A stretch of DNA of 64,000 nt from an uncultured Arcobacteraceae bacterium (GTDB taxonomy: Bacteria > Campylobacterota > Campylobacteria > Campylobacterales > Arcobacteraceae). Under the pieces are notes generated by a model, which saw only the letters and a list, made by a program, of their open reading frames with translations, ran no database searches and was not told the origin of the DNA. The stretch covers positions 1 to 64,000 of the forward strand of contig CAXHZO010000004.1 of the NCBI GenBank assembly GCA_964022095.1, in the 5' to 3' direction. This document shows positions 28,211 through 37,547 of this stretch, in pieces; within the stretch, counting starts at the first letter, position 1; every line of letters begins with the position of its first letter. The position numbers and the translations under genes are program-made.

Positions 28211-29056
28211 ATGAAATATGTAGGAGCACATGTAAGTGCTAGTGGAGGAGTATTTAATGCTCCAATTAATGCAAGAGAAATTGGTGCAAAAGCATTTGCT
28301 CTATTTGTAAAAAATCAAAGACAATGGGCTGCAAAAGATTTTGATACAAAAACACTTGATAAGTGGTTTGAAGAGATGGATAAAACAGGGATTGAAGCAA
28401 AACATATTTTACCCCATGATTCATACTTGATTAACTTAGGACATCCAGAAGAAGAAAAAAGAGAAAAATCATTAAATGGATTTATTCATGAAATTCAAAG
28501 ATGTGAAATATTAAAACTTGATAGATTAAATTTTCATCCAGGAAGTCATTTGAGAAAAATTAGTGAAGATGAATGTTTAGATAGAATTGCATTATCACTA
28601 AATCAAGCAATTGATGCAACAAGTGATATCAAAATGGTTATTGAAAATACAGCAGGTCAAGGTAGTAACTTAGGATATAAATTTGAGCATTTAGCACATA
28701 TTATTGATAAAGTTGAAGATAAAAGCAGAATTGGTGTATGTATAGATACTTGTCATATGTTTACTGCTGGATATGATATTAGAACACGTGAAGCATATGA
28801 TAAAACTTGGAAAGAGTTTGATGATATTGTTGGAAGAGAATATTTAATGGGTATGCACTTAAATGACTCGAAGCCTGAATTAGGAAGTAGAGTTGACAGA
28901 CATGATTCACTTGGTGTTGGTAAAATTGGTTGGGATGCATTTAAGTTTATTATGAATGATGATAGAATGGATGATATTCCAATGGTTTTAGAAACTATTG
29001 ATGAAGAGATCTGGCCTGAAGAAATTCAAGCCTTATATGACTTAGTAGAAAAGTAG
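28211..29056 (+). CDS. nfo: Endonuclease IV
   Basis: [37 protein letters not shown] and LET. Confidence 0.97.
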   Translation: MKYVGAHVSASGGVFNAPINAREIGAKAFALFVKNQRQWAAKDFDTKTLDKWFEEMDKTGIEAKHILPHDSYLINLGHPEEEKREKSLNGFIHEIQRCEILKLDRLNFHPGSHLRKISEDECLDRIALSLNQAIDATSDIKMVIENTAGQGSNLGYKFEHLAHIIDKVEDKSRIGVCIDTCHMFTAGYDIRTREAYDKTWKEFDDIVGREYLMGMHLNDSKPELGSRVDRHDSLGVGKIGWDAFKFIMNDDRMDDIPMVLETIDEEIWPEEIQALYDLVEK

Positions 29057-29074
29057 GAGTGATCCTACTTTTTT
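29049..29074. terminator. Bidirectional intrinsic terminator
   Basis: AAAAGTAGGA-GTGA-TCCTACTTTTTT between convergent nfo and the Sel1 gene. Confidence 0.75.
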
Positions 29075-29693
29075 AAAGTTGATAAATTTTATAGTTTAAA
29101 TCTTCTGATTTATCATTTCTAAGCTTATCCCAGTAAGTTGCTTTTTTAGAATCCTTTTTTATACCAAACTTACCTTTTGAATATATTGTGTAAAGTTGAT
29201 TTTGTGCAGCTTTCATATTTTTATTTGCTGCAAACTCTAATAAAGATAAACCTTTTTCAGTATTTTTTTCTGTTTCTATTCCTTGCATGTAAAATCTCGC
29301 AAGTTGATATGAAGCATTTGGATCTATAGATGCTGAATTTTTTAATAATTTAAAGGCTTTTTTTAAATCTTTTTGTTCACCTTCTCCTCTATAATAAGAG
29401 TAAGCTAAGGCTAGATTAGAGTAAGAGTTTTTATTTGCATTTGATTGTTTTAATAAAGGAATTGCTTTATCAAAATCTTTTTTTTCAAAGAAATAAATTC
29501 CTAATCTTAGTTGTGCATATGAGTTTGTTTCCTTTATCTTGTCATAACATAAAAGTTTTTCATCTTTTGCTTGTAATTTTTGACATAAATTTGCTTGTGT
29601 TAATTCATCTTCTAAATTAAAACTTGAATCTTTAAAAGAACAAGCAGAAAAAAGAAAAACAAATATAGTTGTAAATAAAATTTTGTAAGTCAT
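29073..29693 (-). CDS. Sel1-like repeat lipoprotein
   Basis: Lipobox FSAC; repeats such as LAYSYYRGEG..DLKKA and ASYQLARFYMQG. Confidence 0.85.
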   Translation of the reverse strand: MTYKILFTTIFVFLFSACSFKDSSFNLEDELTQANLCQKLQAKDEKLLCYDKIKETNSYAQLRLGIYFFEKKDFDKAIPLLKQSNANKNSYSNLALAYSYYRGEGEQKDLKKAFKLLKNSASIDPNASYQLARFYMQGIETEKNTEKGLSLLEFAANKNMKAAQNQLYTIYSKGKFGIKKDSKKATYWDKLRNDKSEDLNYKIYQL

Positions 29694-29696
29694 AGG

Positions 29697-30314
29697 TTAT
29701 ATCCCATATATTTTTGTAATAAAACTATTTGATTTATCTTCATATTTTTCAAACCAAGTTTTACTTTTTTCAATATTTACTTTTGTGATTTTACCTTCAC
29801 TATAGATTTTGTATAGATCATATTGTGCTTTTTTAACATTGTTTAATGCCGCAAACTCTAAAAGTTCAATTGTTTCTTTATAATCTTTTTTATTCATGTA
29901 ATAATAAGCAAGTTTATATGCAGCAATAGGATCAACATCATCTACGTCTTTTAATAAGTCAACAACTTTTTCTTTATCTTGTTTAACTCCATAACCTTTG
30001 TTGTATAAATCAGCTAATAAGGCGTTTGCATAAAAATTACCTTTTTGTTGTGCTAGTGTGTATCTTTGAAAGGCTTCTTGATAAGAGCTTTTTGATTGAG
30101 CTTTAATACCAAGTCTAATTTGTGCAAAACTATTTTTATAAGCTATTAAGTCATAGCAATCATTTTCAAAGCTTTTATTTTTGTTTTTACAATCATCAGC
30201 TATTGCAAGTTCATTTGGTAAAACTTTTAATGCCTCTTTATGATTTGAACAACCAGTGAAAATTGCTGTAGCTAAAACAGTAGTTGTTAATAGTGAAGTT
30301 AATGACTTCTTCAT
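29697..30314 (-). CDS. Sel1-like repeat lipoprotein (paralog)
   Basis: Lipobox FTGC; LADLYNKGYGVKQD; shares C..CYD..NS(Y/F)AQ.RLG and LLEFAA with its neighbour. Confidence 0.85.
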   Translation of the reverse strand: MKKSLTSLLTTTVLATAIFTGCSNHKEALKVLPNELAIADDCKNKNKSFENDCYDLIAYKNSFAQIRLGIKAQSKSSYQEAFQRYTLAQQKGNFYANALLADLYNKGYGVKQDKEKVVDLLKDVDDVDPIAAYKLAYYYMNKKDYKETIELLEFAALNNVKKAQYDLYKIYSEGKITKVNIEKSKTWFEKYEDKSNSFITKIYGI

Positions 30315-30337
30315 TCTTACCCTTTTGTAATTTTATT

Positions 30338-30359
30338 AATTGATAATATTTTATCAATT
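30338..30359. promoter_or_regulatory. Palindrome overlapping the probable -10 of the Sel1 operon; Fur/PerR-box-like
   Basis: AATTGATAA-TATT-TTATCAATT; the minus strand contains gaTAAAAT. Confidence 0.4.
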
Positions 30360-30421
30360 TTATTATTCATATGTAGTTAAGAGATTTTGGTGTAAGATGT
30401 TACTTATATATAGGAGTATAA

Positions 30422-30772
30422 ATGATATTTATTGCTGTATTTGTAATTATTGCAGTAGTCGTAATAGGTTTAAACTTTCATGATTCATCAAATTTAGAAA
30501 AAATAGAAAATCATTTAAAGCAAGAAAACTGTGCAGAGTTTTTTTACTCAAGAGGCTCGTATAAGGCTTTATGTGAAAATAGAGTTTTAGAAATTCAAAA
30601 TAGTTTTTCAGTTGATTTAGAAAAAGACTCAAAAGAGATTTACTACAAAGATATTAAAAATTTAGAAATTCAAAAACAAAATATAATTATTAATGATAAT
30701 AAAAAATTAGAGTTTAAACTAGAAGATGAAGCAAAAAATTTTTACAAAGATTTAAAAAACAAATTAAAATAA
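30422..30772 (+). CDS. Hypothetical protein with N-terminal membrane anchor
   Basis: AGGAG RBS, hydrophobic N-terminus, 116 aa. Confidence 0.75.
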   Translation: MIFIAVFVIIAVVVIGLNFHDSSNLEKIENHLKQENCAEFFYSRGSYKALCENRVLEIQNSFSVDLEKDSKEIYYKDIKNLEIQKQNIIINDNKKLEFKLEDEAKNFYKDLKNKLK

Positions 30773-30788
30773 TAGGATTTAATCTAGA

Positions 30789-32522
30789 ATGAAAGAAGTT
30801 ATTGATTTTATCAATTCACAAGATATAGAAAAAACAAATTTTTTCACACAATTAAAATGTAGTGTTGAAGAAGCAAAAATTTTACAATTTATGACAAAAG
30901 AGTATGTGTCAGGTCGTGATACATTAAGTATTATAGAAATTCTTAATGAATTTTATGATGTAAAAGCCTTTGAGCATTTGGAAAAACTTGATTTAATTAA
31001 ATCTCTTTTAGAGTTTGGATGGCTAGTTCAAGTCTCTTTTGATCAAATAAAATTAAGTGAAGTATCAAAATTAGAACTTATTAACTCAAGTGTTTCACTA
31101 TCAAGTTCATATTTAAAGATGTTAGAAAGTGGAGCAAATGATTTTGTTCTTCCAGAAATAAAAACATATACAGATCATTTAGAGTATTTACAAGATCAAT
31201 TTTTCAGAATTGATTTAGCACAACAACTAAATATAGTAAGAAAAAACTTTGATGTTAATTCACCAAGTTCAAATAGACTACAATCAAAACTTGTATTACT
31301 TGAAAATAGAATCAAAGAGAGAGTTAAAGTAACAAATAACTCTATTATGTTAGTTGATTTTTTTAAAGATAATACTTTAAACGATCAAGAACAAACACTA
31401 TTTTTAGCACTATTAAAAGAAGAGTATTCAGGGGGTGATGGTTCTATTAGAGATATGAATGCATTAATTGAATTAATCTCAAATGATGATTATGAAAAAA
31501 TCAAATATAGAAGTTTACTTGAAGAAAGTTCTGCATTAGTTTCAAAAGGTTTAGTTGACTATGATGAGGTATTAACACCTTTTGGTGGAATAAATAGAAA
31601 CTTCTATATTCCAGATGAAGTTTTATATAAAATTTCTCATCCAACTAAGAAAAAATCTAGTGTGGGTAAAATAAAACTTGATGCTGTAATAAAAGAGCAA
31701 GAGATGTTTGAGTTAATTTCTACTAATAAAACACTTGATGATGTGGTTTTAAATGATAAAACAAAAGAGACTTTAAACTCACTTTTAAAACAAGTTGATA
31801 AAAATGTAGTGAATAGATTAAAGCAATGGGGAATTAAAGATAAGAAAAAAGGCATTGAGGCTAGAATTATTTTTTATGGAGTAGCAGGAACGGGTAAAAC
31901 TTTAACTGCTCTTGCCCTTGCAAAATCTCTTAAAAAAGAAGTACTTAGTTTTGATTGTTCAAAAATCTTATCAATGTATATTGGTGAGAGTGAAAAAAAT
32001 GTTAGAAATATTTTTGATAAATATTATGAATTAAGAAGCGAAACAAAATCTGACCCCGTTTTACTTTTAAATGAAGCTGATCAATTTTTAAGTTCAAGAA
32101 CTGCTGGAGGGATGAGTAGTAGTGATAAAATGCATAATCAAATGCAAAATATCTTTTTAGAGCAAATTGAAAGATTTGATGGAATATTAATAGCTACAAC
32201 AAACTTACTTGAAAATCTTGATAAAGCATTTTCTAGAAGATTTAACTATAAAATTGAGTTTATGAAGCCAAATAAATCTCAAAGAATAAAACTATGGGAA
32301 AAACTACTTCCTCAAAATCTGCCATTAGTTGAAGGTTTTGATATTGAAGAATTGGCGAAATATGAGTTAACTGGTGGGCAAATTGAGCTAGTAATTAAAA
32401 ATACTGCATATAAAATCGCAGTTAGTGAAGATCCTGTCTTCAAGATAGAAGATTTTAAAGAGCAAATTACTAAAGAGCAAAAAGGTCAATTTGATAGCGA
32501 GACTAAAGTAGGGTTCTTTTAA
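30789..32522 (+). CDS. AAA+ family ATPase
   Basis: Walker A GVAGTGKT, SMYIGESEKN, Walker B variant LLNEAD, and ATTN..LDKAFSRRF. Confidence 0.9.
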   Translation: MKEVIDFINSQDIEKTNFFTQLKCSVEEAKILQFMTKEYVSGRDTLSIIEILNEFYDVKAFEHLEKLDLIKSLLEFGWLVQVSFDQIKLSEVSKLELINSSVSLSSSYLKMLESGANDFVLPEIKTYTDHLEYLQDQFFRIDLAQQLNIVRKNFDVNSPSSNRLQSKLVLLENRIKERVKVTNNSIMLVDFFKDNTLNDQEQTLFLALLKEEYSGGDGSIRDMNALIELISNDDYEKIKYRSLLEESSALVSKGLVDYDEVLTPFGGINRNFYIPDEVLYKISHPTKKKSSVGKIKLDAVIKEQEMFELISTNKTLDDVVLNDKTKETLNSLLKQVDKNVVNRLKQWGIKDKKKGIEARIIFYGVAGTGKTLTALALAKSLKKEVLSFDCSKILSMYIGESEKNVRNIFDKYYELRSETKSDPVLLLNEADQFLSSRTAGGMSSSDKMHNQMQNIFLEQIERFDGILIATTNLLENLDKAFSRRFNYKIEFMKPNKSQRIKLWEKLLPQNLPLVEGFDIEELAKYELTGGQIELVIKNTAYKIAVSEDPVFKIEDFKEQITKEQKGQFDSETKVGFF

Positions 32523-32535
32523 ACCCTAATTTAGT

Positions 32536-33237
32536 ATGAAAACACTATTCCTTCTACTAACATTAACTTCTTTATCTTTTTCCCAATCAAAACAGATAGT
32601 TTTTGTTTTGGCAGATAGTTTTGATTCTACATCTGCAAAACTTGTAAGATATGAAAAAGTTGGAGATATTTATCTTCAAATCTCGAAGCCCATAAATGTG
32701 AATCTTGGAAAAAAAGGTTTAGCTTGGGGCTTATCTGATTATAAATTTAAAAAGCCATCTTTTACTCCCATTAAACAAGAGGGAGATAAGAAAGCTGTTG
32801 TTGGAGTTTTTGCTTTATCTAAGATATATACTTATCATGATTTTATAAAAACAAAAATGCCATATGAAAAATCAACAAATCAACACATCTGTATTGATGA
32901 TACAAAAAGTAACAACTATAATAAAATTATAAAAACAAAAAATAAGAAAAAATACAGTAGTTTTGAGAATATGCTCTTAAAAAATGAAACATATGAATAT
33001 GTGATTGTTGTACAACACAATAAAAAACAAGTTGAAAAATCTGGCTCATGTATTTTTCTTCATGTTCAAAACCCTCAAAAAAAACAGACTAGTGGATGCA
33101 CTTCAATGAAGAAAAACCACATGATTAAAATAGTACAATGGCTAGATATAAATAAGGAACCTATCCTAATCCAAACACCTAAAAAAGCCTGTTTTTCTTT
33201 TAAAAAAGAGTATCCATTTATAAATTGTAATTTATGA
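32536..33237 (+). CDS. L,D-transpeptidase (YkuD-like) family protein
   Basis: Signal peptide; KQEGDKK; GSCIFLH..TSGC catalytic motif. Confidence 0.8.
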   Translation: MKTLFLLLTLTSLSFSQSKQIVFVLADSFDSTSAKLVRYEKVGDIYLQISKPINVNLGKKGLAWGLSDYKFKKPSFTPIKQEGDKKAVVGVFALSKIYTYHDFIKTKMPYEKSTNQHICIDDTKSNNYNKIIKTKNKKKYSSFENMLLKNETYEYVIVVQHNKKQVEKSGSCIFLHVQNPQKKQTSGCTSMKKNHMIKIVQWLDINKEPILIQTPKKACFSFKKEYPFINCNL

Positions 33238-33549
33238 ATCAATATTCAATAAATAAGTTCTGAAATAATTCTTTTATGATTAAGATAAAGAATTAATTTT
33301 ATAATTTTATTTTTTTATAAGAAATATAGCCATTCTTTTTAGTGACTTCGATTTTTTTATAAGAATTATAGTGTTTCTTTTTGTACCACTGAAAATCTAA
33401 TTCTTAGAAAAACATTAATTTTAAAGCTTATTTTTCACAGATTAGTTTATTATTTGCTAATAATTTTTGTAATTGGGTATTTATTACAAATTAGATAATA
33501 TTAATAGTAAATACAAATTGATATATTAAGTATAAAAAAGGATATATAA

Positions 33550-33939
33550 ATGACACACATGGATTTTGCTCATCCTTATTTTGGTGCATTTGTAATGTTT
33601 GTTGTGACTTTTTCAGCATTCTTCGCGACAGTATGGCTTTCGCGATATATTAGTAGAAAAATCGCTAGACTAGATACAGAGAAACTAAAAACAACTCTTT
33701 ATGAGTGTGGACCTGAGGTTACTAAACAACCTAATACAATCTCTACGCAGTTTTATTTAATTGCATTATTGTTTATTTTATTTGATGTTGAGATCATATT
33801 TATGTTCCCATGGGCTATTAACTTTAAACTACTTGGATGGTTTGGCTTTGTAGAGATGTTACTATTTATTACACTACTAGCAATAGGATTTTTATACGCA
33901 TGGAAAAAAGGAGCCCTTGAATGGCACAGCATAAAATAA
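33550..33939 (+). CDS. nuoA: NADH-quinone oxidoreductase subunit A
   Basis: [12 protein letters not shown] and WKKGALEW. Confidence 0.97.
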   Translation: MTHMDFAHPYFGAFVMFVVTFSAFFATVWLSRYISRKIARLDTEKLKTTLYECGPEVTKQPNTISTQFYLIALLFILFDVEIIFMFPWAINFKLLGWFGFVEMLLFITLLAIGFLYAWKKGALEWHSIK

Positions 33940-34430
33940 ATTACTTACAAGATAATGGTACTGCTGTAAAGCTAACTACAATTGATAAGTTAGTTAACTT
34001 TGGTAGGTCGAATTCTTTATGGCCTATGACTTATGGATTAGCTTGTTGTGCTATTGAAATGATGGCAACTGGTGCTTCAAGATATGACTTTGATAGATTC
34101 GGTACTATCTTTAGAGCAAGTCCAAGACAATCAGATGTTTTAATTATCGCTGGAACATTAACAAAAAAACATGCTGAGTTTATGAGAAGATTATATGACC
34201 AAATGCCAGATCCAAAATGGGTTATCTCAATGGGATCATGTGCAAATACAGGTGGAATGTTCAATACTTATGCAACAGTTCAAGGTGCTGATAGAATTAT
34301 TCCCGTTGATATTTACTTACCAGGTTGTGCTCCAAGACCTGAAACTTTACAATATGCCCTTATGACACTTCAAAAAAAGATTAGAAAAGAGTCAATCTTT
34401 AGAGCCCACAAAAAGAAGAGGTTAGTTTAA
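33921..34430 (+). CDS. nuoB: NADH-quinone oxidoreductase subunit B
   Basis: [16 protein letters not shown] and PGCAPRPE. Confidence 0.98.
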   Translation: MAQHKINYLQDNGTAVKLTTIDKLVNFGRSNSLWPMTYGLACCAIEMMATGASRYDFDRFGTIFRASPRQSDVLIIAGTLTKKHAEFMRRLYDQMPDPKWVISMGSCANTGGMFNTYATVQGADRIIPVDIYLPGCAPRPETLQYALMTLQKKIRKESIFRAHKKKRLV

Positions 34431-35233
34431 TGAGACCGTATAAAAATAAAGATGATGTACAAAGAAAATCATACTTCTCAGATAGATTTTTTGTAGGGCC
34501 AACAGTTCCTAGAATGGATCCTTCAAAAGATGAAATATTTGCAAAAGACTTTGAAGAAATAAACTACTCAATTCACTTAGAAGCTGCTTATATTGAGCAT
34601 ACACACTTAGTTTTAAATATTGATAAGAGTTTCTTAACTGCATGTGTAAAACTTTTAAAAAATACATTAGAATATGACATGCTAATGGAACTTTCTGCAA
34701 TTGATTATTTAGCCTCAAAAGGTGGCTATGAATTATTCTATGAATTCCTTTCACTTTCAAAGCACAAAAGAATTAGAATCAAATGTTTCTTACCAAAAGA
34801 TGAGTATATAGACTCATTAACTCCATTTTTTGATTCAGCAAACTGGAGTGAGCGAGAAATGTATGACATGTTAGGTGTTAAAGTTACTGGACATCCTAAT
34901 ATGAAAAGAATTATTATGCCAGATGATTGGTATGATCACCCACTTAAAAAAACTTACCCACTTCAAGGTGATGAAGCTGCTTCTTGGTATGAAGTTGACA
35001 AAATATTTGGAAAAGAAGCAAGGGATGTTATAGGACCTGAGCAAAGAGATCCAGCTGCTATTGATAGATACGATACTACAAGATTCGCAAGACTTGGGCA
35101 TGAGGTTCCTTTTGATACTGATATTTCTGAATTTGAACCTGAAACTTCTATTTCTTATGAAGAGGAAGAGGGCAATACACTAATTAAAAAATTAAAACCT
35201 GAAGAATCAGTAGTTTTAAAAAGAAGAAGGTAA
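34430..35233 (+). CDS. nuoC: NADH-quinone oxidoreductase subunit C
   Basis: ANWSEREMYDMLG..GHP and HPLKKTYPL. Confidence 0.95.
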   Translation: MRPYKNKDDVQRKSYFSDRFFVGPTVPRMDPSKDEIFAKDFEEINYSIHLEAAYIEHTHLVLNIDKSFLTACVKLLKNTLEYDMLMELSAIDYLASKGGYELFYEFLSLSKHKRIRIKCFLPKDEYIDSLTPFFDSANWSEREMYDMLGVKVTGHPNMKRIIMPDDWYDHPLKKTYPLQGDEAASWYEVDKIFGKEARDVIGPEQRDPAAIDRYDTTRFARLGHEVPFDTDISEFEPETSISYEEEEGNTLIKKLKPEESVVLKRRR

Positions 35234-35239
35234 ATAAAT

Positions 35240-36466
35240 ATGCAACAACCAAATAGATTAAAACCTTTTTTTGAAAATATAAACTTCGAGCGTGAAGATA
35301 ATACAATGACTGTAAACTTTGGGCCTCAACACCCATCAGCTCATGGTCAATTAAGATTAGTATTAGAGCTTCAAGGTGAAGAAGTAGTTAAATCAATACC
35401 AATGATTGGATACCTTCACAGAGGTATGGAAAAAATGGCAGAGAATATGATTTATAATGAGTTCTTACCAACTACAGATAGAATGGATTATATTGCTGCA
35501 ACTTCAAATAACTATGGCTATGCTTTAGCAATTGAGCAACTACTTGGTATTGAAGCACCTAGACGTGCTGAAGTAATTAGAACTATGTTACTTGAGTTAA
35601 ATAGAATTACATCTCACCTGTTCTGGTTAGCAACACATGCCCTTGATGTTGGTGCTATGTCAATGTTCTTATACTGTTTTAGAGAAAGAGAGTATGCAAT
35701 TGATTTAATTGAAGATTATTGTGGTGCTAGACTTACTCACAGTGCAGTTAGAATTGGTGGAGTTCCTTTAGACTTACCTTCTAATTGGATTGATGATTGT
35801 ATGAGTTTCTTAGAAGTTTTAGAAACGGAATTAGAAACTTACGAAGGTTTATTAACAGAAAATAGAATCTGGAAAATGAGACTTGAAAATGTAGGTATTA
35901 TTACTCAAGATATGGCAAAAAGCTGGGGCTGTTCAGGAATCGCTTTAAGAGGAAGTGGTATCAAATGGGATTTAAGAAAAGAGATGCCTTATGGCCTTTA
36001 TCCAGAATTAGACTTTGATGTACCTGTAGCTTATACAAATGATTCATATGGAAGATATAAAATCTGTATTGCAGAGATGAGAGAATCTGCAAAGATTTTA
36101 AGACAGCTAGTTCCAATGTACAAAGAATCAGATACTCAGTTAATGGCACACGCTCCTGAGTATATTTCAGCTCCAAAAGAGCAAATTATGACTCAAAACT
36201 ATTCATTAATGCAACATTTTGTTTTAGTAACTCAAGGTATGAGACCGCCAGTTGGTGAAGTATATGTTGCAACAGAATCACCAAAAGGTGAACTTGGATA
36301 TTTCGTTTGTAGTGATGGAAGTCCATATGCTTATAGAATGAAAATTAGAACACCAAGTTTCCAACATACAGCTATTTTAGAAGAGTTATTAGTTGGATTA
36401 CAATTAGCCGATGTTGTTACTATTATTGGTAACTTGAATATTGTATTCGGTGAAATTGACCGATAA
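35240..36466 (+). CDS. nuoD: NADH-quinone oxidoreductase subunit D
   Basis: [28 protein letters not shown] and GEIDR. Confidence 0.98.
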   Translation: MQQPNRLKPFFENINFEREDNTMTVNFGPQHPSAHGQLRLVLELQGEEVVKSIPMIGYLHRGMEKMAENMIYNEFLPTTDRMDYIAATSNNYGYALAIEQLLGIEAPRRAEVIRTMLLELNRITSHLFWLATHALDVGAMSMFLYCFREREYAIDLIEDYCGARLTHSAVRIGGVPLDLPSNWIDDCMSFLEVLETELETYEGLLTENRIWKMRLENVGIITQDMAKSWGCSGIALRGSGIKWDLRKEMPYGLYPELDFDVPVAYTNDSYGRYKICIAEMRESAKILRQLVPMYKESDTQLMAHAPEYISAPKEQIMTQNYSLMQHFVLVTQGMRPPVGEVYVATESPKGELGYFVCSDGSPYAYRMKIRTPSFQHTAILEELLVGLQLADVVTIIGNLNIVFGEIDR

Positions 36467-36481
36467 TTATTAGGAGTTATT

Positions 36482-36754
36482 ATGAAAAGATTTGATTTAA
36501 GACACTTAAAAAATGACTTCTACGACAAAATGTTAGAGTTAATGGATAAGCAAATTGCTCCAGAAGAAACTGCAATTATTATGTTTGAAATTGGTGATTT
36601 TGAGAATGTTCAAAAAAGTGCAGATGTAATTTATGAAGCTGGTTATACATTAATGAACTCTATTAAGTTTAATGAAGTTGATTGGACGTTAGTTGTAAAA
36701 AAAGTTAAGCCAGAGCCTAAAGAGATTGAGCAAGAGGAATCAGTAAATGAGTAA
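36482..36754 (+). CDS. Campylobacterota-type NuoE replacement subunit (NuoX-like)
   Basis: 90 aa, MKRFDLRHL..LMNSIKFNEVDW, no Cys for a 2Fe-2S cluster; occupies the nuoE position. Confidence 0.8.
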   Translation: MKRFDLRHLKNDFYDKMLELMDKQIAPEETAIIMFEIGDFENVQKSADVIYEAGYTLMNSIKFNEVDWTLVVKKVKPEPKEIEQEESVNE

Positions 36755-37547
36755 ACTTGAGCAAATAGCAAACAGTGATTTTATAATCACTTTTGGAACT
36801 ATGTTAGCTGATAATAAAGAGAACTATAGAGATAGTATTATTGAATCAATTGCAAAAAATGACACTCAATTTATCTATATGCATCCAGTTGATAATATTG
36901 ATTTAAAACTTTACTACAACCAATTTATTAAATATGAAGTTGGTAGTGAAGAGGGTGTTTGTGCACTTTTACTTGATACTTTTGTTAAAGACTCAACTCC
37001 TACAATTCAAGAATATATTGATGATTTAGATTTAGGTTATATTTCAGCTGAGAGTAGTGCAGGGGAAGAAGAGTTTGAAGAAGCATGTGAAAAAGCAGCT
37101 CAATTTTCAACTAAAACTTTGATAATTGGTGATGATTTAATTGAACATGAACGAATTGAAAACATAGTTAAATTTTTAGCAATTATCAAAAAATACTCTG
37201 ATTTAAATGTAGTTGTATTGAATGAGAGTTTAGAGCAGAAGATTAATTCTTGTGAAAACTTTGATTTACAAGAAGTTGAGGACTTAAAATCTTATGATGG
37301 AACACTAGTTTATAAGTTAATTGACGAAAATGAAAAAGATGAATTAATTGCTAGTCAAACTTTTGCTAATGTTGCGAAAGTTCAAGATGGTAATAAAATT
37401 GTTATTAATACTTCTAGTGAAAAAATTGAAAAAACTATTAAAGTTGATGACAAGTTACATGGAACTGTTGCGATTTTAAAAACAAATGAAAATATTTTAG
37501 ATGGTTATAGATATAAACAAGTAAAAATTGAAAAGGTTGGCGCATAA
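36747..37547 (+). CDS. Campylobacterota-type NuoF replacement subunit (NuoY-like)
   Basis: KYEVGSEEGV and DLDLGYISAESSAGEEE; no FMN/NADH/FeS motifs; occupies the nuoF position. Confidence 0.75.
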   Translation: MSKLEQIANSDFIITFGTMLADNKENYRDSIIESIAKNDTQFIYMHPVDNIDLKLYYNQFIKYEVGSEEGVCALLLDTFVKDSTPTIQEYIDDLDLGYISAESSAGEEEFEEACEKAAQFSTKTLIIGDDLIEHERIENIVKFLAIIKKYSDLNVVVLNESLEQKINSCENFDLQEVEDLKSYDGTLVYKLIDENEKDELIASQTFANVAKVQDGNKIVINTSSEKIEKTIKVDDKLHGTVAILKTNENILDGYRYKQVKIEKVGA

